Below, in pieces: positions 9,572-19,261 of a stretch of DNA of 41,070 nucleotides. The position numbers were made by a program, and so were the translations under genes. Source of the DNA: Pseudomonadota bacterium (GTDB taxonomy: Bacteria > UBA10199 > 2-02-FULL-44-16 > DYJF01); the NCBI GenBank assembly GCA_043823065.1, contig JBDRBB010000002.1:1-41070 (forward strand). The letters are read 5' to 3'. Within the stretch, counting starts at the first letter, position 1, and each line of letters starts with the position of its first letter. The notes below the pieces were generated by a model that saw nothing but the letters and a program-made list of their open reading frames with translations, was not told the DNA's origin and did no database searches.

Positions 9572-10860
9572 CAGATATTTTTATTAAAGATATTAGCTGT
9601 TTTCCGCAAAGAGAAGTAACTATCAAAGGCTGGGTCTATAACCAGCGTTCTTCGGGCAAAATCCATTTTTTACAGATCAGAGATGGCACAGGTTTTGTGC
9701 AAGCTATTATCTCCAAAGCTGAAGTGAGCGATAAAGTTTGGGAAGATAGCACAAAGATCACTCTAGAATCTTCGGTCATAGTTAGCGGTATAGTTACCAA
9801 ACACCCCAAACATGAAACCTATGAGCTGCAAGTAAATAAGCTTAAACTGATTCAAATTTCAGAAGAATATCCTATTGGCAAAAAAGAACATGGCCCTGAT
9901 TTCCTTTTAGATCAAAGGCATTTGTGGCTACGTTCCAAAAAACAATGGGCTATACAAAGAGTGCGTAATAGCATTATCAATGCCACCTACGAATGGTTTG
10001 CGGAAAATAATTTCATCAAAATTGATTCGCCTATTTTAACCCCTGCTGCTTGCGAAGGCACCACTACTTTATTTGAAGTTGAATATTTTGATTTAGGCAA
10101 AGCCTATTTGTCGCAATCTGGTCAGCTTTATCTGGAAGCTGCCATTATGAGTCATGGCCGGGTGTTTGATTTTGGCCCAACCTTTCGCGCGGAAAAAAGC
10201 AAGACCAGACGCCATTTAACCGAGTTCTGGATGATGGATGCTGAAATGGCATTTTGCGATCATGAACAGAACATGGAAATTCAAGAACAGTTAATCGCGC
10301 ATATTGTCAAACGTTGCTTGGAGAAAAATCAGTCTGAATTAGTAATGTTGGAGCGCGACATGTCCAAACTGGAAAAAGTTCACGCTCCTTTTGTTAGAAT
10401 GTCCCACGCTGAAGCAGTAAAAAAATTACATAAATTAGGTAGCAATATTGGCGAAAAAGATGATTTAGGCGCTGAAGATGAAACCCTGCTCACCCAAGAT
10501 AGTGAAAAACCAATTTTTATTGATCGTTATCCTTGCGAGGTAAAAGCCTTTTACATGAAACGCGCGCCTGAAGACCACAACCTGGTTCTAGGCAGCGACC
10601 TATTGGCCCCAGAGGGATTTGGAGAAATCATAGGTGGCAGTCAGCGTGAAGATGATTATGACCTACTCTTGAAACGAATCAAAGAACACAACCTGCCTGT
10701 TAGAGCCTTTGAATGGTATCTAGATTTGCGCAAATTCGGTAGCGTGCCTCATGCAGGTTTTGGTTATGGTTTGGAAAGATTAACTGGCTGGATCTGCGGC
10801 GTGCGCCACATCCGAGAAACCATTCCATTTCCCAGAATGTTGAACAGGTTAACTCCGTAA
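9568..10860 (+). CDS. asnS: asparagine--tRNA ligase
   Basis: AYLSQSGQLYLE, FRAEKSKTRRHLTEFWM, EIIGGSQRE and PHAGFGYGLER motifs. Confidence 0.96.
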   Translation: MTDIFIKDISCFPQREVTIKGWVYNQRSSGKIHFLQIRDGTGFVQAIISKAEVSDKVWEDSTKITLESSVIVSGIVTKHPKHETYELQVNKLKLIQISEEYPIGKKEHGPDFLLDQRHLWLRSKKQWAIQRVRNSIINATYEWFAENNFIKIDSPILTPAACEGTTTLFEVEYFDLGKAYLSQSGQLYLEAAIMSHGRVFDFGPTFRAEKSKTRRHLTEFWMMDAEMAFCDHEQNMEIQEQLIAHIVKRCLEKNQSELVMLERDMSKLEKVHAPFVRMSHAEAVKKLHKLGSNIGEKDDLGAEDETLLTQDSEKPIFIDRYPCEVKAFYMKRAPEDHNLVLGSDLLAPEGFGEIIGGSQREDDYDLLLKRIKEHNLPVRAFEWYLDLRKFGSVPHAGFGYGLERLTGWICGVRHIRETIPFPRMLNRLTP

Positions 10861-10862
10861 GT

Positions 10863-10931
10863 TGTCATCCCCGCAAAAGCGGGGATCTAGCCTTTGGTGC
10901 CCGATGGATTCCCGCTTCCGCGGGAATGACA
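10863..10931. repeat. inverted doublet (REPIN-like) of the REP-like palindrome
   Basis: TGTCATCCCCGCAAAAGCGGGGATC ... GGATTCCCGCTTCCGCGGGAATGACA; the first copy has compensatory changes in its stem. Confidence 0.92.
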
Positions 10932-10942
10932 GCTTGATAAAT

Positions 10943-11629
10943 ATGAAAATTTTTATTTTATTATTAAGTTTGTTTATTTTTTTGCCGGTTAGCCTGGCTT
11001 CTGCTCCAGAAAATCTGCCAGATATTGCTTATTATAAGATAATCGATAATTTTAATAATTATAAAGTTGGCGAATTTCCCAATAAGTGGCGAACCTGGCC
11101 TTTTCAAAAAGATAAAGTCAAACAGGTTTACAAAGTAAAACAAGAAGACAACTTTAAATTCATGCAAGCTTATGATGATAAAAATTATTCGGTACAAGCC
11201 CTGCGCAAGTTTTATTGGCCGATAGATCAATATCCTTATTTAACCTGGAAGTGGCGGGCCACGCTTCTGCCAAAGGGCGCCAAAGAAAGCAATGACGCCA
11301 CTAACGACAGCGCTTGCGGGGTCTATGTAATTATTGGGCAATTTAGCGGTCATGCGCTTAAATATGCCTGGAGCACTACCCTGCCAAAGGGAGAGGTTGT
11401 AACTCGTCGGGATGATAAACTAAAAATTGTGATTAAAGAAACTGGCGCGAAAACCATTAACCAGTGGCAACAAGTTTCTGTAAATGTATTAGATGATTAC
11501 AAAAAATATTTTGGCCAAGATCTTGCTAAAAATCCTTCTGGCATTGCTATCCTTACTGACGGCAATGCGGTGCAAAAACCAGCTGGCTGTGACTATGCTG
11601 ATTTTGTAATTTCCAAAACCGGGCATTAA
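10943..11629 (+). CDS. exported DUF3047-like protein
   Basis: Signal peptide from ATG 10943; YPYLTWKWR, ND.ACGVYV and GIAILTDGN motifs. Confidence 0.75.
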   Translation: MKIFILLLSLFIFLPVSLASAPENLPDIAYYKIIDNFNNYKVGEFPNKWRTWPFQKDKVKQVYKVKQEDNFKFMQAYDDKNYSVQALRKFYWPIDQYPYLTWKWRATLLPKGAKESNDATNDSACGVYVIIGQFSGHALKYAWSTTLPKGEVVTRRDDKLKIVIKETGAKTINQWQQVSVNVLDDYKKYFGQDLAKNPSGIAILTDGNAVQKPAGCDYADFVISKTGH

Positions 11630-11631
11630 TT

Positions 11632-12408
11632 ATGAAAACAAAAATTGTTATTTGTTTGTTTATTTTATTTATTAGTTCAAGCCAGATTACCTTTGCAGAC
11701 AGTGAATTATTTGTTAATCCCAAAGTCATCGATCTTTTGGCTAAGGAAGAATTGAAAAAGGCAGCCACTGCTTTACGCAATCAACAACCGTCTGACAAAT
11801 CAATCTACCTATTACGCGAGATCAACAATATTGTGTTGCATGATGCTCATGGCTATCAGCCTGATCGGCACGATTCCTACGGTTTTTATAAGGGCCTGGG
11901 CACAGCCTATCATAATCTTTTTTTATTTTTAAAAACCAAGAGTATTTTTCAGGAGGAATTTACCAAAAAAGCTTTAAAATATTATAAACGATCACGCAGT
12001 TTTGCTGGGCCATTAGATAAACAAGAAATTGATATTTTAATTGCTGCTTTATTGGCTGCCCAAGATCAGGAAAAGGAACTGACTAAAGCAAAAAATATTA
12101 TCAAGAAAATTAACCTAAAAAAAATGAAGTTTGATTATCAAATCCAGGAGTGTCTGGCTGCTTATTATGCAGCGCAAAAAAATATTGAGTTAACCATAAA
12201 AGCCTTGCGCAGAGCCTATCTTGGCCGTTCAAAAACAGTTTTATACTGGATTGCGGTTGGAGATGATTTTTATGCTATTGAAGCAGATCCACGCTTTCAG
12301 GCTTTGCTTAAGGAGTGGGCTCTGGATAAAGAACAAAACAATATTCATTTAAGCCAACAGCCAAAAGCAAAGCCCCGTTTATCTATTACTCGCCATCATC
12401 GCCAATAG
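11632..12408 (+). CDS. exported helical (TPR-like) hypothetical protein
   Basis: Signal peptide; C-terminal LAAYYA..ALRRA..DDFYAIEADPRFQALL resembles TPR-end repeats. Confidence 0.65.
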   Translation: MKTKIVICLFILFISSSQITFADSELFVNPKVIDLLAKEELKKAATALRNQQPSDKSIYLLREINNIVLHDAHGYQPDRHDSYGFYKGLGTAYHNLFLFLKTKSIFQEEFTKKALKYYKRSRSFAGPLDKQEIDILIAALLAAQDQEKELTKAKNIIKKINLKKMKFDYQIQECLAAYYAAQKNIELTIKALRRAYLGRSKTVLYWIAVGDDFYAIEADPRFQALLKEWALDKEQNNIHLSQQPKAKPRLSITRHHRQ

Positions 12409-12619
12409 CTTCAACTGGACAAGCTTCCATGGCTTCTTTGCATTGAGCTTCTTCTTCATCACTTGCCGGCTGTTTGGAAACATAGACATAACCTGCATCT
12501 TCGTTTTGAGCAAAATTTGCTTCAGCAGTGTTTATGCATAAACTGCAATCAATGCACTGAGAATCTACATAATAGCGACCTGGTACATTTTCTGGGACTT
12601 TGTCATCTACATTTGCCAT
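12386..12619 (-). CDS. single-cluster ferredoxin
   Basis: CIDCSLC...CPVEAI; GGAGG RBS. Confidence 0.93.
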   Translation of the reverse strand: MANVDDKVPENVPGRYYVDSQCIDCSLCINTAEANFAQNEDAGYVYVSKQPASDEEEAQCKEAMEACPVEAIGDDGE

Positions 12620-12666
12620 AAATTCCCTCCTTGGTTAAATTTATTTCTGAATTGCGAATTCTCATT

Positions 12667-13314
12667 CTAGCCTAATTTTGTCAAGATACTATTTCCAAAT
12701 GAACACAACTTTAAAATTGGACAAACTTCGCACCTTGGTCTTCTGGCTATACAAATATTTCTGCCATGCGCCTGAATGAGCAGACTGAATTTAGTCCAAT
12801 CTTTTTTAGGAATTAGAGGCTGCAAATCTAACTCGATCTTAACTGCATCCTTGTTTTTGGTAAGTCCCAGCAAATTGGCAATTCTAATCACATGAGTATC
12901 AACCACCACCCCTGGAACATCATAATAATTTCCTAAAAAAGCATTGGCTGACTTTCGTCCTACGCCAGGCAACTCTATCAATTTAGCAAAATCTTTAGGC
13001 ACTTTGCCTTGGTATTTTTCTGCTAATATTGCGCAGCAATTCTTAATAGATTTGGCTTTGTTCTTAAAAAATCCAGTTGGCCTGATCATTTTTTCCAGCA
13101 TTGTTAAATCTGCTTTAGCAAAAGCCAAAGCATTAGGACATTTTTGAAAAAGGGCTGGGGTTACTTCATTAACTTTTTTATCTGTGCATTGGGCAGACAA
13201 AATTATGGCTACTAATAGCTCAAGGTCGGTTTTATAATTAAGCGCGATCGTAACCTTGGGATAGGTTTTTTTAAGAATAGCTAAAATCTTTTTTACTCGC
13301 TCACCATCTTTCAT
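12667..13314 (-). CDS. nth: endonuclease III
   Basis: ILSAQCTD, LPGVGRKSAN, VVDTHV and C-x6-C-x2-C-x5-C cluster motif. Confidence 0.97.
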   Translation of the reverse strand: MKDGERVKKILAILKKTYPKVTIALNYKTDLELLVAIILSAQCTDKKVNEVTPALFQKCPNALAFAKADLTMLEKMIRPTGFFKNKAKSIKNCCAILAEKYQGKVPKDFAKLIELPGVGRKSANAFLGNYYDVPGVVVDTHVIRIANLLGLTKNKDAVKIELDLQPLIPKKDWTKFSLLIQAHGRNICIARRPRCEVCPILKLCSFGNSILTKLG

Positions 13315-13315
13315 T

Positions 13316-15022
13316 TTATTTAAAATATTTTTTAACTTCGTCCAGTGGCAGGCAATTCAAAATGTCAGATTTTTCTAGCCACCCTTTACGCGCAATTCCT
13401 AAACCATAGGCCATGTGCTGCAATCCTTCTGCATCATGCGCATCTGGTGATATTACAATTTTTACACCTTTGTCTTTAGCAAATTTACCATAGCGCCAAT
13501 CTAAATCCAGACGCTGGGGATGAGCATTAATTTCAATCGCCACTTTATTTTTTGCTGCTGCCTCGATAATTTTTGGTATATCAATTTTATAACCTTCACG
13601 CGCCAGCAACAAGCGCCCTGTGGGATGGCCCAGAATCTTGGCATAGGGATTTTGCATGCCCTTAATTATGCGTTTAGTCATTTCCGCTTCTGGCATATTA
13701 AATCTGGAATGAATGGAAATAATCACAAAATCAAAACTCTTTAAGATAGAATCTGGATAATCTAGACTACCGTCAGCTAAAATATCGCATTCAATTCCTT
13801 TCAGAACTGTAAACCCTTTTAGTTTTTTGTTAACCTCATCAATTTCCTGGTGCTGTTTTTTGATATCTTCTGGCTTTAATCCGCCAGCATATTGGGCTGA
13901 CCTACTGTGATCTGACAGGCCAAGATATTTATAGCCAATTTTTTGGGATGCCTTGGCCATTTCCAAAATTGTAGCTAGACCATCGCTCCAATTACTATGC
14001 ACATGAAAAACTCCTTTTAAGTCTTTTTGCTCTACTAAATCTGGCAACTTGGCCCTAGCTGCTGCTGGAATTTCTCCCTGATTCTCTCTTAACTCTGGCG
14101 GAATGTAAACCAAACCCAAGGTTTTAAAAAGCTCTGCTTCATTTTTACAAGCTAGTAATTTATCTTTTTTAAACAAACCATATTCATTCAACTTAAGACC
14201 TTTTGCTTTAGCCAGAGCGCGCATGGCTACATTGTGTTCTTTGCTGCCAGTAAAATAGTGCAAGGCAAAGGGAAATTGTTCTTCAGTAACTGCGCGCAAA
14301 TCTGCAGCAATACCATTTGCTAACAACACAGAGCTCTTGGTTTGACCATGGGCTGTAATTGATTCGACTTCTGGCAAACTTACAAAAGCCTGCATAATGG
14401 GTTCTGGGTTTTTTGTGGCCACTAAAATATCAATGTCTTTGACAATCTCTTTATGGCGCCTGATTGAACCTGCTATCTCTGCCTTAATCACGCCCTTTTG
14501 CTTTTTTATTTTTTCCAAAATTTTCTGAGCAGCAAAAAGCGCTGTTTCATAAAGATGCTGATCTGCAAAACGCTTAAGATAGGCAATGCCGGCCAATATC
14601 TTTTCTTGCATCTTAACTCCAAAACCAGGCAGCTCAAGTAAACGATTTTCTTTGCAGGCATATTCCAACTCACCCACATTAGAAATGGCCAGCTCTTTCC
14701 ACAACACCGCCACTTTTTTGGGACCCACACCTTGAATTTTTAGCATTTCAAAAATTCCAGGCGGCAAGGATTTCATTAAATGTTTGTGTTCTTTTAATTC
14801 CCCGGTTTTAAGAATTTCCTGAATGTGGTCCAGCAAATGCGAACCAATACCCTTGATTTCAGCCAGTTCTCCGCTTTTTAACATTTGCTCTAAATCCCCA
14901 GGCAGGCTTTCGATAATCCGCGCAGCATTTTGATAGGCCCGCACCCGGAAAGGATTATCGCCCTTAATTTCCAGGGCCTGGGACATTTCATATAAGATAT
15001 TTGCTACGTGATGTTTATCCAT
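13316..15022 (-). CDS. polX: DNA polymerase X with PHP domain
   Basis: AGSIRR..KDIDIL, YFTGSKEHN and PHP HVHSNWSDG/SDHS/DAH motifs. Confidence 0.96.
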   Translation of the reverse strand: MDKHHVANILYEMSQALEIKGDNPFRVRAYQNAARIIESLPGDLEQMLKSGELAEIKGIGSHLLDHIQEILKTGELKEHKHLMKSLPPGIFEMLKIQGVGPKKVAVLWKELAISNVGELEYACKENRLLELPGFGVKMQEKILAGIAYLKRFADQHLYETALFAAQKILEKIKKQKGVIKAEIAGSIRRHKEIVKDIDILVATKNPEPIMQAFVSLPEVESITAHGQTKSSVLLANGIAADLRAVTEEQFPFALHYFTGSKEHNVAMRALAKAKGLKLNEYGLFKKDKLLACKNEAELFKTLGLVYIPPELRENQGEIPAAARAKLPDLVEQKDLKGVFHVHSNWSDGLATILEMAKASQKIGYKYLGLSDHSRSAQYAGGLKPEDIKKQHQEIDEVNKKLKGFTVLKGIECDILADGSLDYPDSILKSFDFVIISIHSRFNMPEAEMTKRIIKGMQNPYAKILGHPTGRLLLAREGYKIDIPKIIEAAAKNKVAIEINAHPQRLDLDWRYGKFAKDKGVKIVISPDAHDAEGLQHMAYGLGIARKGWLEKSDILNCLPLDEVKKYFK

Positions 15023-15063
15023 TTAATAAATGACTATTGTCCTTAAAGGTCTATAGTCCAAAA

Positions 15064-15489
15064 TTACTTATGATATTTCTCTCCCCTCAAAATAGTACAC
15101 GCCCGATAAATCTGCTCTAACAAAATTGCTTGGGCCAGTTCATGGGGAAAAGTCATTTTGGAAAGAGCCAAAAGTTTGTCTGCCTTTTGTTTTAATTTAG
15201 AATCAATCCCCTCTGGCCCGCCAATAAAAAAAATCAGGTTTTTTATATTACGCTTTTGATATGCTTCAAGCAAGCTGGCAAATTGTTCAGATGTTTTTTG
15301 TTCACCGTTTGCATCACAAGCAATTAAAATGTCATCTGGCCCAAGGGCTTTCAGAGTACTTTGCTCATCTTTTACAGCTATGCACTCAATGGGCAAATAA
15401 TGAGCAATCCGCCCAGCATAATCATTAACTAATTCGCGAATGGAACCAGATTTTATTTTACCAACAGCAACAACACGAAGTTTTAACAT
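15064..15489 (-). CDS. rlmH: 23S rRNA pseudouridine-1915 methyltransferase
   Basis: FFIGGPEG and MTFPHELA..LEQIYRA..GEKYHK motifs. Confidence 0.95.
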   Translation of the reverse strand: MLKLRVVAVGKIKSGSIRELVNDYAGRIAHYLPIECIAVKDEQSTLKALGPDDILIACDANGEQKTSEQFASLLEAYQKRNIKNLIFFIGGPEGIDSKLKQKADKLLALSKMTFPHELAQAILLEQIYRACTILRGEKYHK

Positions 15490-15490
15490 T

Positions 15491-15564
15491 TTGACTATAG
15501 ACTATGGACCATAGACAATTGACCTTAAGAGTCTATGGTCAATGGTCCATGGTCAATGGTCTAA
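15491..15564. repeat. inverted array of heptamer repeats (GACYATR / YTATGGTC-like)
   Basis: GACTATA GACTATG GACCATA GACAATT GAC ... GTCTATG GTCAATG GTCCATG GTCAATG GTC; a shorter version lies at 15031-15060. Confidence 0.85.
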
Positions 15565-15567
15565 CTT

Positions 15568-16230
15568 TTAACATAGTTCAATTACAGTTTTCACCAACTT
15601 TTCCACACCGCTCCAAACTTCTCCAATATTTTTAGCCAGCATATAAGCTGGAGTAGAAACAATTTTGTTTGTCCCATCAACCACACAATCTGTAACTAAA
15701 CATTCTTCATGCTTGCTGCCCATTTTTTCTATAGCTGCAGCTACTTGGCTGTCATTACCAATAGTTAGTTTAGCAGAAATACCACTTCCTTCCAATGCCT
15801 TAGCTACAGTGGCTGGAGCTATACAAATCGCGCCCAGAGGTTTTTTGGCTTTTACTGTTTCCAAAATTAATCTTTTGGTCTCTGGCTCTACTTGGCAATT
15901 TAGGCCATCTCGCAAAAAAGTGGAAAGATTAAGGCCAGCGCCCTGACCACCTGGAATAATCAAGGCATCAAAATCAGCACTGGTTATCCTGGCTGCCCGC
16001 TGCATATTACCGCGCGAAATGCGCGCCGCCTCCACCAGCATATTTCGTTTTTCATTTTTATCTTCGCCTGTTTGATGATCACAAACTTTTAGCTGAAAAC
16101 CATCTGGAGCAATGCACACTGTCTGCTGACCAAGCTTGCTAATAGCTAAAAGAGTAAGTGTAGCTTCATGAACTTCTGAACCATCCCTGTGCCCACATCC
16201 ACAAAGCAAAACACCAATACGTTTTGTCAT
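15568..16230 (-). CDS. elbB: ElbB / ES1-type DJ-1 family glyoxalase
   Basis: LCGCGHRDGSEVHEA, LVEAARISRG, PGG.GA..NL, ICIAP and STPAYM motifs; start ATG 16230. Confidence 0.93.
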   Translation of the reverse strand: MTKRIGVLLCGCGHRDGSEVHEATLTLLAISKLGQQTVCIAPDGFQLKVCDHQTGEDKNEKRNMLVEAARISRGNMQRAARITSADFDALIIPGGQGAGLNLSTFLRDGLNCQVEPETKRLILETVKAKKPLGAICIAPATVAKALEGSGISAKLTIGNDSQVAAAIEKMGSKHEECLVTDCVVDGTNKIVSTPAYMLAKNIGEVWSGVEKLVKTVIELC

Positions 16231-16431
16231 AACTGCCCCCTTTTTTTCGCAAGCCACATTTAATTTTGTATTTTGTAGAATTACAAGCTTTTTATACTAA
16301 TAGCAATTGTCGCCCAAAAAGCCACCATATAACCTATAACAATATGAATTATAAGAGATTTTTATTTGCTCCGTCTGATTGTTTTTTGCGTCTGATTGTT
16401 TTTATGATTGTTTTTATTCTAAAGTGGACCA

Positions 16432-16560
16432 AGTTATATTGTAGCAGTAGCGTAAGGCAGTTTTTTTCGCTTTCCCGGTACGATGTAAAATATGCATGAG
16501 ATTTATAAGCTCATAGGGAAACGAAAAAAACTGGCTGAGAGCTACTGTTACAATATTACT
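16432..16560. other. long intergenic hairpin (candidate ncRNA or MITE)
   Basis: ATATTGTAGCAGTAGC/GCTACTGTTACAATAT and CAGTTTTTTTCG-C-TTTCCC/GGGAAACGAAAAAAACTG stems. Confidence 0.7.
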
Positions 16561-16640
16561 GACGATATCATATGGCCAATTGCCAGATGGTTGAGTGAAT
16601 CTACTTGCCTCGAGTAAGGATATAAGCTAGTGCTCATTTC

Positions 16641-18662
16641 ATGCTCTACGCGCAAATTGCCATCCCAAGACCATTACACCATACTTTAACTTACAGAGTC
16701 CTTGAGGGGCTAGAAAAATCAATCCAACCAGGGCAAAGGGTTTTGGTGCCTTTTAGAAATCGAACTCAAGTTGGTTTTGTTTTGGGCATAACCAACCAAG
16801 CTCCTGCTAATTTAGATCCAGCCAAAATTAAACCAATCCAAGAAATATTAGATCTGGAACCAGTTTTTTCTCAAGAATTATTAAATCTCCTAAACTGGAT
16901 GACTAAATATTATTACGCAGCTATTGGTGAAGTTTGCAAAGCTGCGCTACCTAACAGGTTGACTAAAATTGAGACGCCAAAATCTGGACGCACTGGACTA
17001 CCAGCTGAGCTAGAAATAATTCCAGAACCTGAAGCTAAGTTTACTTTAACCAAAGATCAACTTGCAGCTCTGGATATAATTTTAAACAACTTAAAGACTA
17101 GCCAGCCCAAACCGTTGCTTTTGCATGGCATCACGGGCAGCGGCAAAACTGAAGTTTATCTGCGCGCCTTTGAACAAGTAAAAAAAGAAGGTGGAAATGG
17201 AATTCTTCTGGTGCCGGAAATTTCTTTAACCCCGCAGCTTATCCAGCGTTTTCGCCAAAAATTTGGGGAAGAAATTGCCATTTATCATTCTGCCCTGACC
17301 GACGCCCAAAGATTTGCCCAGTGGAAAAAAATTAAATCCGGAGCAGTGTTTGCAGTTGTTGGTACACGCTCCGCCCTTTTTGCCCCTTTTGATAATCTGC
17401 ATTTAATTGTGATTGATGAAGAACATGACAGTTCATACAAGCAAGAAGATGGTTTTCTTTATAATGCTAGAGATTGTGCAATTGTACGCGCCAACTTAAG
17501 TGGAGCTACTATTGTGTTAGGTTCTGCTACCCCTTCAATGGAATCTTTTACCAATGTTCAAAAAGAAAAATATGATTACTTCTATTTAGCTTCACGCGCT
17601 ACAGGCGCTAATTTACCCGGCATTGAAATTGTAGACATGCGCGCCCAAGAAAACTTTTCCCTTTCTCAAACCTTGTTAACTGCTATTGAAAAACGTCTAG
17701 CTCAAAAAGAACAAACCTTGATCTTTCTTAATCGCCGCGGTTTTGCTTCTTTTTTAATCTGCCAGAAATGCGGTGAAACTATTGAATGCCCAAATTGCGA
17801 TATAACCTTAACCAATCACCAGTCCCCTGCTCGTTTAATTTGCCATTACTGTGAATATCAGGTTAAGCCGCCGGAAATTTGTCCAGCCTGCCAGGGCGCT
17901 AAGCTTAAAGCTTTGGGGCATGGCACCCAAAAAATAGAAGATGAACTGGCCAAACATTTTCCTGAAGCAAAAATTGCTCGTCTAGATAAAGATAGCACAG
18001 CCAAAGTCGGTATGCGCAAAAGTTTTTTAAGCAAAATGCAAAAAGGGGAAATTGATATTTTAGTAGGCACCCAAATTATTACCAAGGGTCATGACTTTCC
18101 CAACGTCACTTTGGTCGGTGTAATTGATGCCGATATTTCGCTTAATCTGCCTGATTTTCGGGCCTTTGAACGCACCTTTCAAATTTTAACTCAAGTTTCT
18201 GGCCGCTCTGGACGAGCCCAGAAACCAGGAGAAGTAATTATTCAAACCTATCAACCAGATCATCCCAGCATTATCTTTGCTAAAGAGCATAATTTTGAGA
18301 ACTTTTATGAAACAGAAAAGATGCATCGGGAAACTTTGAAATATCCGCCTTTCGTGCGCATTGCTGGGCTCAAGTTTTCTGGCAATTCTAAAGATTTAAC
18401 TCAAAAAACTGCTCAGCAGTGTCTTAAAAAACTCTCTCAGACATCTAACAATTTGAACTTAAATAAAGTTATTGAAATTTTAGGACCTGCCCCAGCTCCC
18501 ATTCCAAAAGTACGTGGCAAATATCGTTTTCGTTTAATGATCAAGGCCAGCACCTCCAGTCATTTAGCTAATTTACTAAACTCGACCCTGCCTGAAGTAA
18601 GAAATAATATTCCTGCTGGCTGCAAAATGATAGTCGATGTAGATCCAATAAATATGCTCTAA
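16641..18662 (+). CDS. priA: primosomal protein N'
   Basis: GITGSGKTEVY, DEEHD, four CxxC pairs and QVSGRSGR. Confidence 0.97.
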   Translation: MLYAQIAIPRPLHHTLTYRVLEGLEKSIQPGQRVLVPFRNRTQVGFVLGITNQAPANLDPAKIKPIQEILDLEPVFSQELLNLLNWMTKYYYAAIGEVCKAALPNRLTKIETPKSGRTGLPAELEIIPEPEAKFTLTKDQLAALDIILNNLKTSQPKPLLLHGITGSGKTEVYLRAFEQVKKEGGNGILLVPEISLTPQLIQRFRQKFGEEIAIYHSALTDAQRFAQWKKIKSGAVFAVVGTRSALFAPFDNLHLIVIDEEHDSSYKQEDGFLYNARDCAIVRANLSGATIVLGSATPSMESFTNVQKEKYDYFYLASRATGANLPGIEIVDMRAQENFSLSQTLLTAIEKRLAQKEQTLIFLNRRGFASFLICQKCGETIECPNCDITLTNHQSPARLICHYCEYQVKPPEICPACQGAKLKALGHGTQKIEDELAKHFPEAKIARLDKDSTAKVGMRKSFLSKMQKGEIDILVGTQIITKGHDFPNVTLVGVIDADISLNLPDFRAFERTFQILTQVSGRSGRAQKPGEVIIQTYQPDHPSIIFAKEHNFENFYETEKMHRETLKYPPFVRIAGLKFSGNSKDLTQKTAQQCLKKLSQTSNNLNLNKVIEILGPAPAPIPKVRGKYRFRLMIKASTSSHLANLLNSTLPEVRNNIPAGCKMIVDVDPINML

Positions 18663-18715
18663 ATAATTATGCTAATCTTGCTTCATTTTAAGCAATGTGT
18701 TAGAAAATTTTAATT

Positions 18716-19258
18716 ATGATAAGAGAAATTGTCACCTACCCACATCCGGTTTTGCACCAAAAAGCCAAGCAAGTGGCTGAGGTAAACGATGAAATTCGTG
18801 AGCTTCTAGCTGATATGAAGGAAACCATGGTTGCCAACAATGGTGTTGGTTTAGCCGCACCCCAAATTGCAGTTAGCCTGCAAGTGGCTATTGTAGATGT
18901 GGAGCAGGGCCGGGAAGCAAGTGATCCCAGTTATATTCAAGAAGGTTATTTTGAATTAATCAATCCCCAAATTACTGATCGCCAAGATGAAATTGAATGG
19001 GAAGAAGGCTGTCTTTCTGTACCTAATTTCTGGCAAAATATGCAACGCAGCCGCAAAATTACCGTGCAATATTTAGACCGCCAGGGCAAGAAACAAACCT
19101 TAAAAGCTGAAGGACTTCTTGCCGTAGCTATCCAACAAGAATTAGATCACTTAAGCGGCAAGTTAATTATTGATCAAGTGAGCAGACTCAAGCAAACCAT
19201 GTACTTGCACCGCATAAAAAAAGAAAAGCGCAAAAATAAAAACGAACAAGGCGATTAA
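18716..19258 (+). CDS. def: peptide deformylase
   Basis: GVGLAAPQI and EGCLS motifs; QQELDHL replaces the canonical QHE.DHL; upstream of fmt. Confidence 0.92.
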   Translation: MIREIVTYPHPVLHQKAKQVAEVNDEIRELLADMKETMVANNGVGLAAPQIAVSLQVAIVDVEQGREASDPSYIQEGYFELINPQITDRQDEIEWEEGCLSVPNFWQNMQRSRKITVQYLDRQGKKQTLKAEGLLAVAIQQELDHLSGKLIIDQVSRLKQTMYLHRIKKEKRKNKNEQGD

Positions 19259-19261
19259 ATT

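Noticed and set aside
10862..10942. N-terminal extension of the DUF3047-like ORF (likewise atpC 3891-3935)
   Set aside because: Read-through of palindromic repeats; a signal peptide or domain start lies at the downstream ATG.
16266..16499. 77-aa ORF in the elbB-priA spacer
   Set aside because: TTG start without an RBS; it runs through repeats and the hairpin.
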